Shown here piece by piece: positions 54,180-64,000 of a stretch of 64,000 bases of DNA. Every line of letters starts with the position of its first letter. The first letter of the stretch is position 1. Under the pieces are notes generated by a model. That model saw nothing but the letters and a program-made list of their open reading frames with translations. It had not been told where the DNA came from and ran no database searches. The stretch is from contig OZ024742.1 of the NCBI GenBank assembly GCA_964016885.1, positions 14,136,001 through 14,200,000 of the forward strand, given 5' to 3'. Position numbers and translations under genes: made by a program. The DNA comes from Eledone cirrhosa (Eukaryota).

Positions 54180-54565
54180 GTTTGCTATATATCCCTCCTC
54201 TTCCCTCCTCCCAATACAGGGAGTCTGCTATATATCCCCCCCTCTCCCCTCCCCCCAATACAGGAGGAGGTCTGCTATATACCTCCCCCTCTCCCTTCAA
54301 TACAGGGGAGAGACCTGCTATATCCCCCCTCACCGCCCAATACAGGGAGGGGGTCTGCTATATACCTCCCCCTCTCCCCTCAATACAGGGGGAGACCTGC
54401 TATATCCCCCCCTCACCTCCCAATACAGGAGGGTCTGCTATATATCTCCCCCTCTCCCCTCAATACAGGGGAGACCTGCTATACCCTCCCCTCTCCCCTC
54501 AATACAGGGGGTCTCCTACACCCCCCTTCTCCCTCCAATACAGGGGGTGAAGGTCTGCTATATAT
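54180..54565. repeat. ~42-bp degenerate minisatellite (CTGCTATAT-C-rich-CAATACAGGGG)
   Basis: About 9 units seen. Confidence 0.85.
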
Positions 54566-54824
54566 TCCATGTGTTTCAGACATGTCAAGCAATCCCTTAC
54601 AAAACTAGAGGTAGGTGTGTGCACTTGTTCTGTTGCAGCAATATCTCTAATCTTCCTGTTGCATTACACTGCACCATTGCTGGTGATTACCTACCTGCTG
54701 CTGGTGGTGATGGTGTAGATAGTGGTGGTGGTGGTGGTGTGTCAATATGTGCTGGTGGTGGGGGTACATGGTGTAAACGGTGGTGATGATTGCTGCTACA
54801 TTTGAAATATTTCTACTTTCGTCA

Positions 54825-55616
54825 GTCTTACTACCACAACCACAACCATCACCGCCACTACTACTACTACTACCTCTATTACTACTATCACCACTACTAC
54901 CACAACTACCATCACTACTACTACTACCACAACCGCCACTACTATTACTGCCACCACCATTACTACTACCAATACGACCACTATTGCTACTATCACCACC
55001 ACTATTACTACCACAACCACCACCACCATCGCCACTACTACTACCACCACTATTACTGCTACCACTACTATTACGACCACTATTACTATTATCACCACCA
55101 CCACCATCGCCACTACTACTACCACCACCATCGCCACTACTACTACCACCACTATTACTATTATCACCACCACCACCACCATCGCCACTACTACTACCAC
55201 CACCATCGCCACTACTACTACCACCACTATTACTGCTACCACTACTATTACGACCACTATTACTATTATCACCACCACCACTATTACTACCACCACCACC
55301 ATCGCCACTACTATTATTACCACTATTACTGCTACCACTACTATTATTACCACTATTACTACTACCACCATCACCACTATTACTACCACCACCACCATCG
55401 CCACTACTATTATTACCACTATTACTGCTACCACTACTATTATTACCACTATTACTACTACCACCATCACCACTATTACTACCACCACCACCATCGCCAC
55501 TACTATTATTACCACTATTACTGCTACCACTACTATTATTACCACTATTACTACTACCACCATCACCACTATTACCACCACCACTATTACTACCACAACC
55601 ACCACCACTACTACTA

Positions 55617-55650
<34 letters not shown>

Positions 55651-55710
55651 CACTATTACTACTATCACCACCACCACCACCTTTATTACTACTATCACCA
55701 CCACCACCAG
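54825..55710. repeat. Compound trinucleotide repeat (CAC/TAC/TAT)n with higher-order blocks
   Basis: Read directly; gives spurious poly-His/Tyr and poly-Pro/Leu ORFs. Confidence 0.95.
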
Positions 55711-55889
55711 TCTGTTATGTGTGGGACACACCTCTTAGTTTATCGTATCGTAGTTTCCTCCTTGCTAGCAGTCACGATGTTTATAGTGAGATGTGGTCAC
55801 GTGTGGAAAGCTATAATTACCATTTCACTTGAGTAAAAACCCGATAAATACACAACAAATATATTTTAGTGAGGTTTTATATATTTTTC

Positions 55890-56108
55890 CTGCAGAACAG
55901 TCCATGTTTTGGATTAGGCTGAGAGCTGTAGAACAGTCCATGTTTTGGATTAGGCTGAGAGCTGTAGAACAGTCCATGTTTTGGATTAGGCTGAGAGCTG
56001 TAGAACAGTCCATGTTTTGGATTAGGCTGAGAGCTGTAGAACAGTCCATGTTTTGGATTAGGCTGAGAGCTGTAGAACAGTCCAAGTTTTGGAGTAGGGT
56101 GAGAGCTG
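55890..56108. repeat. 36-bp minisatellite, 6 units (AGAACAGTCCATGTTTTGGATTAGGCTGAGAGCTGT)
   Basis: Read directly. Confidence 0.95.
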
Positions 56109-56633
56109 GCTGGGAATCATGTGTCATGTCGTTTAAATCGTTAGATGTAACAGCTTCTCGTTTTACTAAACACCAGTTATGCAATATGTCTATAAAAATC
56201 ATGTATCTCTAAAAAATACACACACACACACACACATATACATAGTAATAATAATAAATGTGAAAACTAAAATCCAAAGAAAGCAGCGATTCTTTGCTTA
56301 AACTTTAATCTGTTACTTTAATATATATATATATATATATATATATCATCATAATTTCATTATTATTATTATTATTATCATCATTCCCGTTTAGCGTCCT
56401 TTTTCCATATATATATGTCTATATATCCGTATGAGTTCTTGTCTTGTGGCCCTGTGATAAACAGGCGAAACTCCAGAGTGACAAGACTCACTATTCACTC
56501 TTAATAAATGAATGTGTGTGTGTGTGTGTGTGTGTGTAGATCCCGAGTGAAATAGGGGGTGGGGGTGGAGTGCCACAGTTAAAAAGGTATTCAATACATT
56601 AATAAATTGTAAACATAATTAAATATAGAAATA

Positions 56634-56683
56634 GCTTCTACAGGACTAGAACTGTTTCATTCGTACGAAATCATCAGGAATGC
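56634..56683 (-). ncRNA. Candidate type I hammerhead ribozyme
   Basis: Minus strand: GCATTC-CTGATGA-T-TTCGTACGAA-T-GAAA-CAG-TTCTAGTC-CTG-TA-GAAGC. GUA site; U.U at the base of stem II. Confidence 0.55.
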
Positions 56684-56789
56684 CAAGTGACCTAAAAAGT
56701 TGTTGATACTTTTCCTAGTGGCGGGGGTACCCTATTTTAAGAAGATATCTAAGAAGGGATTAGAAGCCATTTCTATATTGATATATATA

Positions 56790-57128
56790 CATGGCTTAGT
56801 GGTTAGAGCATTGGCCTTGCAATCGAAAGGTTGTGAGTTCAATTCTCAGACCGGGTGATGTGTTGTTTCCTTGAGCAAGACACTTTATTTCACATTGCTC
56901 CAGTTTACTCAGCTGTAGAAATGAGATGATAGGGACTGGGGTCCCTATCATTCCACTGCAAAGTGGTCGTGAAGGTGCCACGGCAAAAAAGCACCCAGCA
57001 CTCACTGTAAATGAGGTTGGTGTTAGGAAGGGCATCCAGCTGTAGAAATCAAGCCAGAATCAGTTCCCGTCCCACCCTTGCAAGCAGGGAAAAAACGGAC
57101 GTAAAATGAAATGATGATGATGAAATGA
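56790..57128 (+). mobile_element. tRNA-derived SINE with an RTE-LINE-derived 3' tail and (GAT)n end
   Basis: Head nearly identical to 29410-29570; tail matches the LINE 3' UTR at 60410-60555. Confidence 0.85.
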
Positions 57129-57130
57129 TA

Positions 57131-58425
57131 CGAGGGGGATCAAAAAGTTCGCGGAATTTTTCAGAAAATATTCTATTTTTCAAAAAATATGATTTACCTT
57201 CAATTTATTTTTCTACATAGTTGCCATCCAGGTCAATACACTTCACAAAGCGATGCTTCCACCTACATCAGCCGTCTCTAAAGAAAGTTGAAGGCCTTGT
57301 TCGAAGCCATGTGTTGGCAGTGTTTTTAGCTTCTTCAACACCACTAAAACGGGTTCCTTTTAGCATTTCTTTGAGTTTTGGAAAGAGGAAAAAGTCTGAT
57401 GGGGCTAAATCTGGACTATAAGGCAGGTGAGGAAGCACTTCCCATCGAAATTCTCGAAGAACTTCTTTTGCAACCCGCGCAGAATGCGCTGGTGCATTGT
57501 CATGGTCAAACAAGATCCCACCATGAAGTTTCCCTTTTCGTTTCTTGACTAATGCCTCTTTCAGTTTCCTTAAAACATTTGCATAGTAAGCTCTTGTCAC
57601 AGTTCTTTGACCTTCAAGATAATCTATTAGTATCACCCCATCTGAATCCCAGAAAATGGTGGCCATCACTTTTTTATCCGACTTTTGAGATTTGAACTTG
57701 ATTGGCCCCGATGATCCACGTGGAAGCCACTGTTTTGACTGCTGTTTGGATTCAGGATCATACTGGTAGATCCAGGTTTAATCTCCGGTGATGATTCTGG
57801 TCAGGAAATGCTCTTCATCAACTTCAATTTTGTTTAATATCGCCAAAGACAGATCACTTCAAAGAATCAGCTGATCTGGGCGCAACGCTTTTGGGACCCA
57901 TCGCACTGAAAGCTTGCTTAGTCCCAAATTATCGTGCAGAATTGAATTTGCCGAACCATATGAAATGTCTAGGGACTTAGCTAACTGATTAACTGTTATT
58001 CTTCGATCTTCTTCAATTAAAGTCTGAGCAGCCTCAACGTTTGGTCATTTTTTGATGTTCCTAGTCTTCCACTGCAATGGTTGTCTTCAAGGTCGTCTCT
58101 CCCTTGTTTGAATCGATGAATCCACTTGTAGACAGCAGTTTTCTTTGGAGCAGTAGTACCGTAAACTTTAACTAAAGCCTCCATAATCTGTGTCCCTTTC
58201 CATTTGAGTTTCACCAGAAACTTGATATTCGATCTTATCTCAAAATAACTATTTTCCATTGTTCCAAAAAGAGTTTTTTTTAAAGAGTGTCAGTACTGTA
58301 CAATAGTCCACGCATGACTGACTGCAAGTGACTAATAGCAAGGTAAACACCCAATGACAATGTTGTGACATGTTTAATATTGTCTTACTACGATAAAATT
58401 CCGCGAACTTTTTGATCCCCCCTCG
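57131..58425 (-). mobile_element. Full-length (~1.3 kb) mariner DNA transposon, irritans/Hsmar2-like TIRs
   Basis: ~30-bp TIRs CGAGGGGGATCAAAAAGTTCGCGGAATTTT at both ends; TA on the left, TG on the right; internal transposase remnant. Confidence 0.95.
57205..58259 (-). pseudogene. Disrupted mariner DD34D transposase
   Basis: Motifs WVPKAL, ITGD*TW, HDNAPAH, YSPDLAPSDFFLF, C-terminal GNYVEK*. Contains in-frame stops and a frameshift. Confidence 0.93.
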
Positions 58426-58475
58426 TGTATATATATCCTTATATAGATGATGGTTGTGAAAATAGAGTATGTAAG

Positions 58476-58544
58476 GCTAAATAGTGAGTCTTGTTACTCT
58501 GGAGTTTCGGCAAAACTCCAGAGTAACAAGACTCACAATTTAGC
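58476..58544. other. 32-bp-arm hairpin (5-nt loop, one mismatch) related to 56468-56495
   Basis: GTGAGTCTTGTTACTCTGGAGTTT / AAACTCCAGAGTAACAAGACTCAC. Confidence 0.9.
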
Positions 58545-58573
58545 TTAAATAAAATGACAATATATTATATATA

Positions 58574-59590
58574 TCATCATCATCATCATCATCATCACCG
58601 TTTTACGTCCGTTCTTCCACGCTAGCATGGGTTAGACGGGTTATCCTGTTGTGGGCAGTGTCTGATCTGGCTTGATTTCTACAGCTGGATGCCCTTCCTA
58701 ACACCAACCTCATTTACAGTGAGTGCTGGGTGCTTTTTCGTGGCGCCTACACGTCCACTTTACAGTGTGGGCTGGGTGCTTTTTTTGCCGTGGCACCTCC
58801 ACGACCACCTTGCGGTGGGGGGAGTGGGGGCATATTGTTTATATGCTTCAGCATGTACCCATGGGAGGTCGGGTACCCTGTATTACTGCGTGACGCCAGA
58901 AGTCACGGTCGTGTGTCATTGTCTTTGAGAGGTGTAGTTGGGTAAGGTCGGCTTTTATCACCTCATCCCAAGTCATCTTGGGTCTCCCCACTCCGCGGTT
59001 TCCATCAACTTCTAGTGCTCTGCACCTTTTTATGCAGCTGTCATCCTTCATACGCATCACATGTCCATACCAGCGTAACCGCCTCTCCTGCACGCAGCAT
59101 TTGATTCCTCTTATGCTCAGTCTCTCTCTCAATTCCTTTATGCTTTGTCGTTCACGTATATTACTGTTACACATCCATCGGAGCATGCAGGCTTCGTTTC
59201 TCTCTAATCTACGTAAGTCTTCCACCTTCAGCGCCCAGGTCTCACTACCATGCAACATCGCTGTTCGGATACACGCATCATACAGTCTGCCTTTCATTCT
59301 GAGGGAGAAGCCTTTTGCAGCTAGCAGTGGTAGTAGTTCCCTAAACTTCTTCCATCCCGTTCTTACCCTAGTTATTGTACTTTCTGAGCACCCACCTCCG
59401 TTGCTAATTCGGTCACCTAGGTAGCAGAAGCTGTCTACTGTTTCTACAGGGCCCTCCCAGAGATTGGTGGTACTTGTTTCCTGTGGCTGTTTGCTTGCTG
59501 TTTCAGCACAGCTGCTGCATGTGAATCCTACATTCTTAATTAAGCTTCCTGAGATCCCGCTACATCTCTTGTGTACCCATTGTTTGCATT
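58574..59590 (-). mobile_element. 5'-truncated RTE-clade LINE; open frame ~59590 to 58848, then 3' UTR and (GAT)n tail
   Basis: FCYLGD, MLHGSETW, RRLRWYGHVMR and GRPKMTW motifs. Confidence 0.92.
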
Positions 59591-59679
59591 TGGGGCAGAG
59601 AATATATATATATATACCTACATAAATGTTGATGATTGTATTTATATATATATAAATACAATATATATATTACAAAAAA

Positions 59680-59813
59680 CATGGGCGGATGTGGTGAGAG
59701 TAGACCTCAGATCGCTGAAGCTCATGGAGGAGATGACGAAGGACCGTGCTGAATAGGACCTGTCCAACCCTTGCAAGCAGGGAAAAGCAGATGTAAAATG
59801 AGGATGATGATGA
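59680..59813 (+). mobile_element. Short RTE 3'-end fragment (different subfamily)
   Basis: WADVVRVDL...MTKDR followed by the CCAACCCTTGCAAGCAGGGAAAAG..(GAT)n tail. Confidence 0.7.
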
Positions 59814-59834
59814 TATATATATATATATATCATC

Positions 59835-60665
59835 AAGTACAATAACTAGGGTAAGAACGGGATGGAAGAAGTTCAGGGAACTACTGCCACTGCTAGCTGC
59901 AAAAGGCTTCTCCCTCAGAATGAAAGGCAGACTGTATGATGCGTGTATCCGAACAGCGATGTTGCATGGTAGTGAGACCTGGGCGCTGAAGGTGGAAGAC
60001 TTACGTAGATTAGAGAGAAACGAAGCCTGCATGCTCCGATGGATGTGTAACAGTAATATACGCAAACGACAAAGCATAAATGAATTGAGAGAGAGACTGA
60101 GCATAAGAGGAATCAAATGCTGTGTGCAGGAGAGGCGGTTGCGCTGGTATGGACATGTGATGCGTATGAAGGATGACAGCTGCATAAAAAGGTGCAGAGC
60201 ACTAGAAGTCGATGGAAACCGCGGAGTGGGGAGACCCAAGATGACCTGGGATGAGGTGATAAAAGCCGACCTTACCCAATTACACCTCTCAAAGGCGATG
60301 ACACACGACCGTGACCTCTGGCGTCATGCAGTAATACAGAGTACCCGACCTCCCATGGGTACAAGCTGAAGCATATAGACAATATGCCCCCACACCCCCC
60401 ACCGCAAGGTGGTCGTGGAGGTGCCACGGCAAAAAAGCACCCAGCCCACACTGTAAAGTGGATGTGTAGGCGCCACGAAAAAGCACCCAGCACTCACTGT
60501 AAATGAGGTTGGTGTTAGGAAGGGCATCCAGCTGTAGAAATCAAGCCAAATCAGTTCCTGTATGAGCAAGGCATGGTCAGCTGACCAGACACTGCCCACA
60601 ACAGGACAACCCGTCTAACCCATGCTAGCGTGGAAGAACGGACGTAAAACGGTGATGATGATGAT
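59835..60665 (+). mobile_element. 5'-truncated RTE-clade LINE, near-identical to 58574-59382 in inverted orientation
   Basis: The two 149-aa ORFs differ at only about six residues; same 3' UTR and (GAT)n tail. Confidence 0.92.
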
Positions 60666-61649
60666 ATATATATATATATATTGTGTATGTGTGTGTAATG
60701 CAGACAGAAAAAAGGTAAGAAAGTAATCCCCTTCTGACACATTTCTACAAAAATAAACCAAATGAAAAGAAATAAACAGAATATTTTTTTATTTTTAAAT
60801 AAACAATGCTGTTCATTATTCATTAGATGTATTTATCACAACTGGTCGTTGACTCAAGGTATTAATGATTAATTCTGTTAAGTTTTGTGACTTGACAGAA
60901 GATAGAAATACTTAAAGAAACAATGTCCATTAAATGACATTCTTATAATTCCCACAATGGCATGATAACACATCATCATTAAAGTCCCTTGTCATATATA
61001 TATATATCATTATTGTCATTCTAACAGCAGCTTCCCTGCTAGTAAAGGTTGGACAGGTCCGTACAGACCAAGTCAGTACTGAAGCTGTGACACTGATCCC
61101 CTAGGCAGGGCAGGGACCTTTGTCTCACTTATGTAAGTGCTCAGGATAGGTTGTCATGCCTTTGACACAACTGAGGGTACTCCCAACCCTTTGTTTGGTA
61201 AGCTTTCTATGGCTGGATGCTCTTTCTATCACCAATCACTTTACAGAGTGTACTGGGTGTTTATCGTGTAACTCACCAATACTAGGGAGGTTATCACGTC
61301 CTTGACATGACTGAAGGGTCCTATGTGTGTATGTGTTAGGTAAGCAAGTAACTACAGTCACAGGTGGTCTAAGTATTCAAATCTGTTACAATGTCTGTCT
61401 CATGTTGGATAATATGCCAATAAAGTTTATATAAATGCTGCAGCAGGGTCTTTCATCCTACTTTTATATATATTGTATATGTGATCCAGTGAATTACTGG
61501 TGGTGCTACCAAATTGAGCACTTGATGCACAAGAGGAGTGTATATATTAAGAAAAACAATGATGTTTACATGCAGTCTTTTATTGTCAACCTGTTATGCT
61601 CGTTTCACATAACTAGCTACATGTAATGAAGCTTCATCATGTTTCTTAT

Positions 61650-61671
61650 ATATATAGATGGCAAGGTAGGT

Positions 61672-61710
<39 letters not shown>

Positions 61711-61880
61711 TGGCAAGGTAGGTTGATATATATATAGATGGCAAGGTAGGTTGATATATATATATATATAGATGGCAAGGTAGGTTGATATATATATATA
61801 TAGATGGCAAGGTAGGTTGATATGTATATATATATATGGCAAGGTAGGTTGATATATATATATATATATATATATATATC
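61650..61880. repeat. (TA)n-GATGGCAAGGTAGGTTGA minisatellite; second block at 63755-63895
   Basis: Six units here and three near the window end, all in the same orientation. Confidence 0.9.
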
Positions 61881-62550
61881 CTAAACGGACTACCATCCGT
61901 TTAGTAATATTGTTGTGGTCGTGTTTTCGTTGGCAATCATCTGTTTACGACAGTACAGCGCGGCTTTACTTTATTTAACTGAGATAAAACTTATATGAGC
62001 ATGAACAGTAGATCATTACGCATCTTTTGGCTTAAAAATCTAGAAATTTGGTCCAGCGGGAAAAAGTTTATAATCAAAGTTTGCTGATAAATCGTGTGTT
62101 CAAGTGAGTGAGTAGTAAGCGTGACGCTAGGGGAGGTAATCCAGAAATGACGCATTTTTTTCAGTGGAACTCTTGTGATTGTGATTACGTTAGTCAAATG
62201 TAGTCAAATCGCCGAATCCCCTCTTCCTAATTGACTACGTCATTTCTGAACGGCCCTACTTGCGTCAGTGTGAAACATTACTTCACTTTTCACTGCTAAA
62301 ATGCTTTTTAAATACTTCGTTAAAAATTTATGTTTATTATCAAAGCTATTTTTTGTACCAATCTATCAATAGTTTGCGAAAATATAGGTAAACATGGGAG
62401 TTAAATTTTTTTTAATCGCATCGATCGCTTTTTCGCACCAACTGTGACACTGTCTGACTGTCTGTCTGACTGACACCTTTGTCGGACCGATTCACTATGA
62501 TCATTTAATTATTAGATAGTTGTTGCTTGCATTGCCTTAAAAAATAGTAG

Positions 62551-63754
62551 ACCAGATAGAAAAATGCATACAGCAAAAAAAAGTAATATTGTTGGAATAT
62601 AAACCTTTAAAAATACAGGACAAGAAACTAAAATAAAACTTTAAAAGAATAGGACAAGAAACTAAGATAAAACTTAAAAAGAATAGGACAAGAAACTAAG
62701 ATAAAACTTTAAAGAATTGGACAAGAAATAAAAAATTTTACAATAATATTAGTGGCAAAATTTTTTTATTCGTTTCCTGTGCTATGCCCCAGTATCTTCT
62801 TGATTAGTGCATAATAATTGTCATGCTCTCATTGTGCATTGCCCCTGAGCGGTTGGTTCTGGTTGGGGTTGGTTGGCTGAGCAGTTCTGCTTCGTCAGAA
62901 TGACCATTGCAAGAAGAATTGGCCGATGCAGCTGCAGGTCTCCTCCAAGAATGCACTTCTGGTCCCGCAACACCAGACGAAGATGGAGAAGACGACCGGG
63001 ACAAGATGTCGACTCTGACCACCGACTACGGCACCTCCCTCAACCACCGGTCCCCCCTCTCTCTGTCCCGTCATCCCTCCAGTCCTCCTGCTCCCCCTTC
63101 CTGTACCAGAAAGCTGTGGCACGCATTCATCTGGACTGCCGGACTTGAACTCAAGGAGAAGATGGACGGGTTGGTCAAGATCAAGGATGAGCGGGACGAC
63201 AAGACCGTCCGCTGCTGCTCAAGATCTGTGCTCATGGGCCCATGGGTCCATTCACATTATGCATGACACATGAGGCGTGTCGCCGAATGATGAAATAGGG
63301 GTATGGTTATGGCCCAATTGGTGTTCAAACCAGGATCAAATGATCCCCCCGGTCTGACGACGACCTATGAATGTGGAACCCAGAGCCTATGAATGTGGAA
63401 CTCGATTTTTTACCAATAAATATTTTGCCACTAATATTATTGTAAATTTTTTTATTTCTTGTCCAATTCTTTTAAAGTTTTATCTTAGTTTCTTGTCCTA
63501 TTCTTTTAAAGTTTTATCTTAGTTTCTTGTCCTATTCTTTTAAAGTTTTATCTTAGTTTCTTGTCCTATTCTTTTAAAGTGTTATCTTAGTTTCTTGTCC
63601 TATTCTTTTAAAGTTGTCCTATTCTTTTAAAGTGTTATCTTAGTTTCTTGTCCTATTCTTTTAAAGTTTTATTTTAGTTTCTTGTCCTGTATTTTTAAAG
63701 GTTTATATTCCAACAATATTACTTTTTTTTGCTGTACGCATTTTTCTATCTGGT
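62551..63754. mobile_element. Foldback-like element: long inverted arms (62551-62770, 63415-63754) with internal ~33-bp tandem subrepeats around a GC-rich core
   Basis: Arms are reverse complements with unequal subrepeat numbers (AGGACAAGAAACTAAGATAAAACTTTAAAAGAAT). No TSD is evident. Confidence 0.75.
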
Positions 63755-63862
63755 ATATATAGATGGCTAGGTAGGTTGATATATATATATATATATATAT
63801 AGATAGATATAGATGGCAAGGTAGGTTGATATATATAGATAGATATAGATGGCAAGGTAGGT

Positions 63863-63898
<36 letters not shown>

Positions 63899-64000
63899 GG
63901 AAATCAGTAAAATCGAATCTCTGGCGGTTTGCAAGTAAATTTGGCCTACTTATATGAAATGATGAGTTAGCAAAGCACTCGATAAGGTAGGGCCTTAGAG

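Noticed and set aside
54780-55836. His/Tyr-rich or Pro/Leu-rich 350-aa proteins
   Set aside because: A trinucleotide repeat open in several frames, with no splice or homology support.
58978-60239. ORFs 58978-59424 (+) and 59670-60239 (-)
   Set aside because: Antisense frames of the RTE LINE copies.
63350-63405. CTGACGA as a hammerhead core
   Set aside because: No downstream GAAA or stem III; only a 16-bp direct repeat CCTATGAATGTGGAAC.

Overview
Eukaryotic, repeat-rich animal genomic DNA. The SINE/LINE repertoire suggests a mollusc, probably an octopod, but this is inference. The only recognisable host gene is the 3' part (7 exons, 27666-33681, + strand) of a ubiquitin C-terminal hydrolase L5 (UCHL5/UCH37). 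A >27.5-kb, ~48-bp satellite with nested higher-order repeats precedes it and lies in an intron. A 60-bp minisatellite copies one UCHL5 exon-end/5' splice donor 17 times in frame. The rest of the window holds tRNA-derived SINEs, RTE-clade LINE fragments (two forming a large inverted repeat), a decayed full-length mariner, a piggyBac-type MITE, a foldback-like element with a GC-rich core and many minisatellites. It also holds a set of type I hammerhead-ribozyme-like motifs and snap-back palindromes of the kind associated with Penelope-like elements. Nearly all long ORFs in the track are artefacts of tandem repeats.
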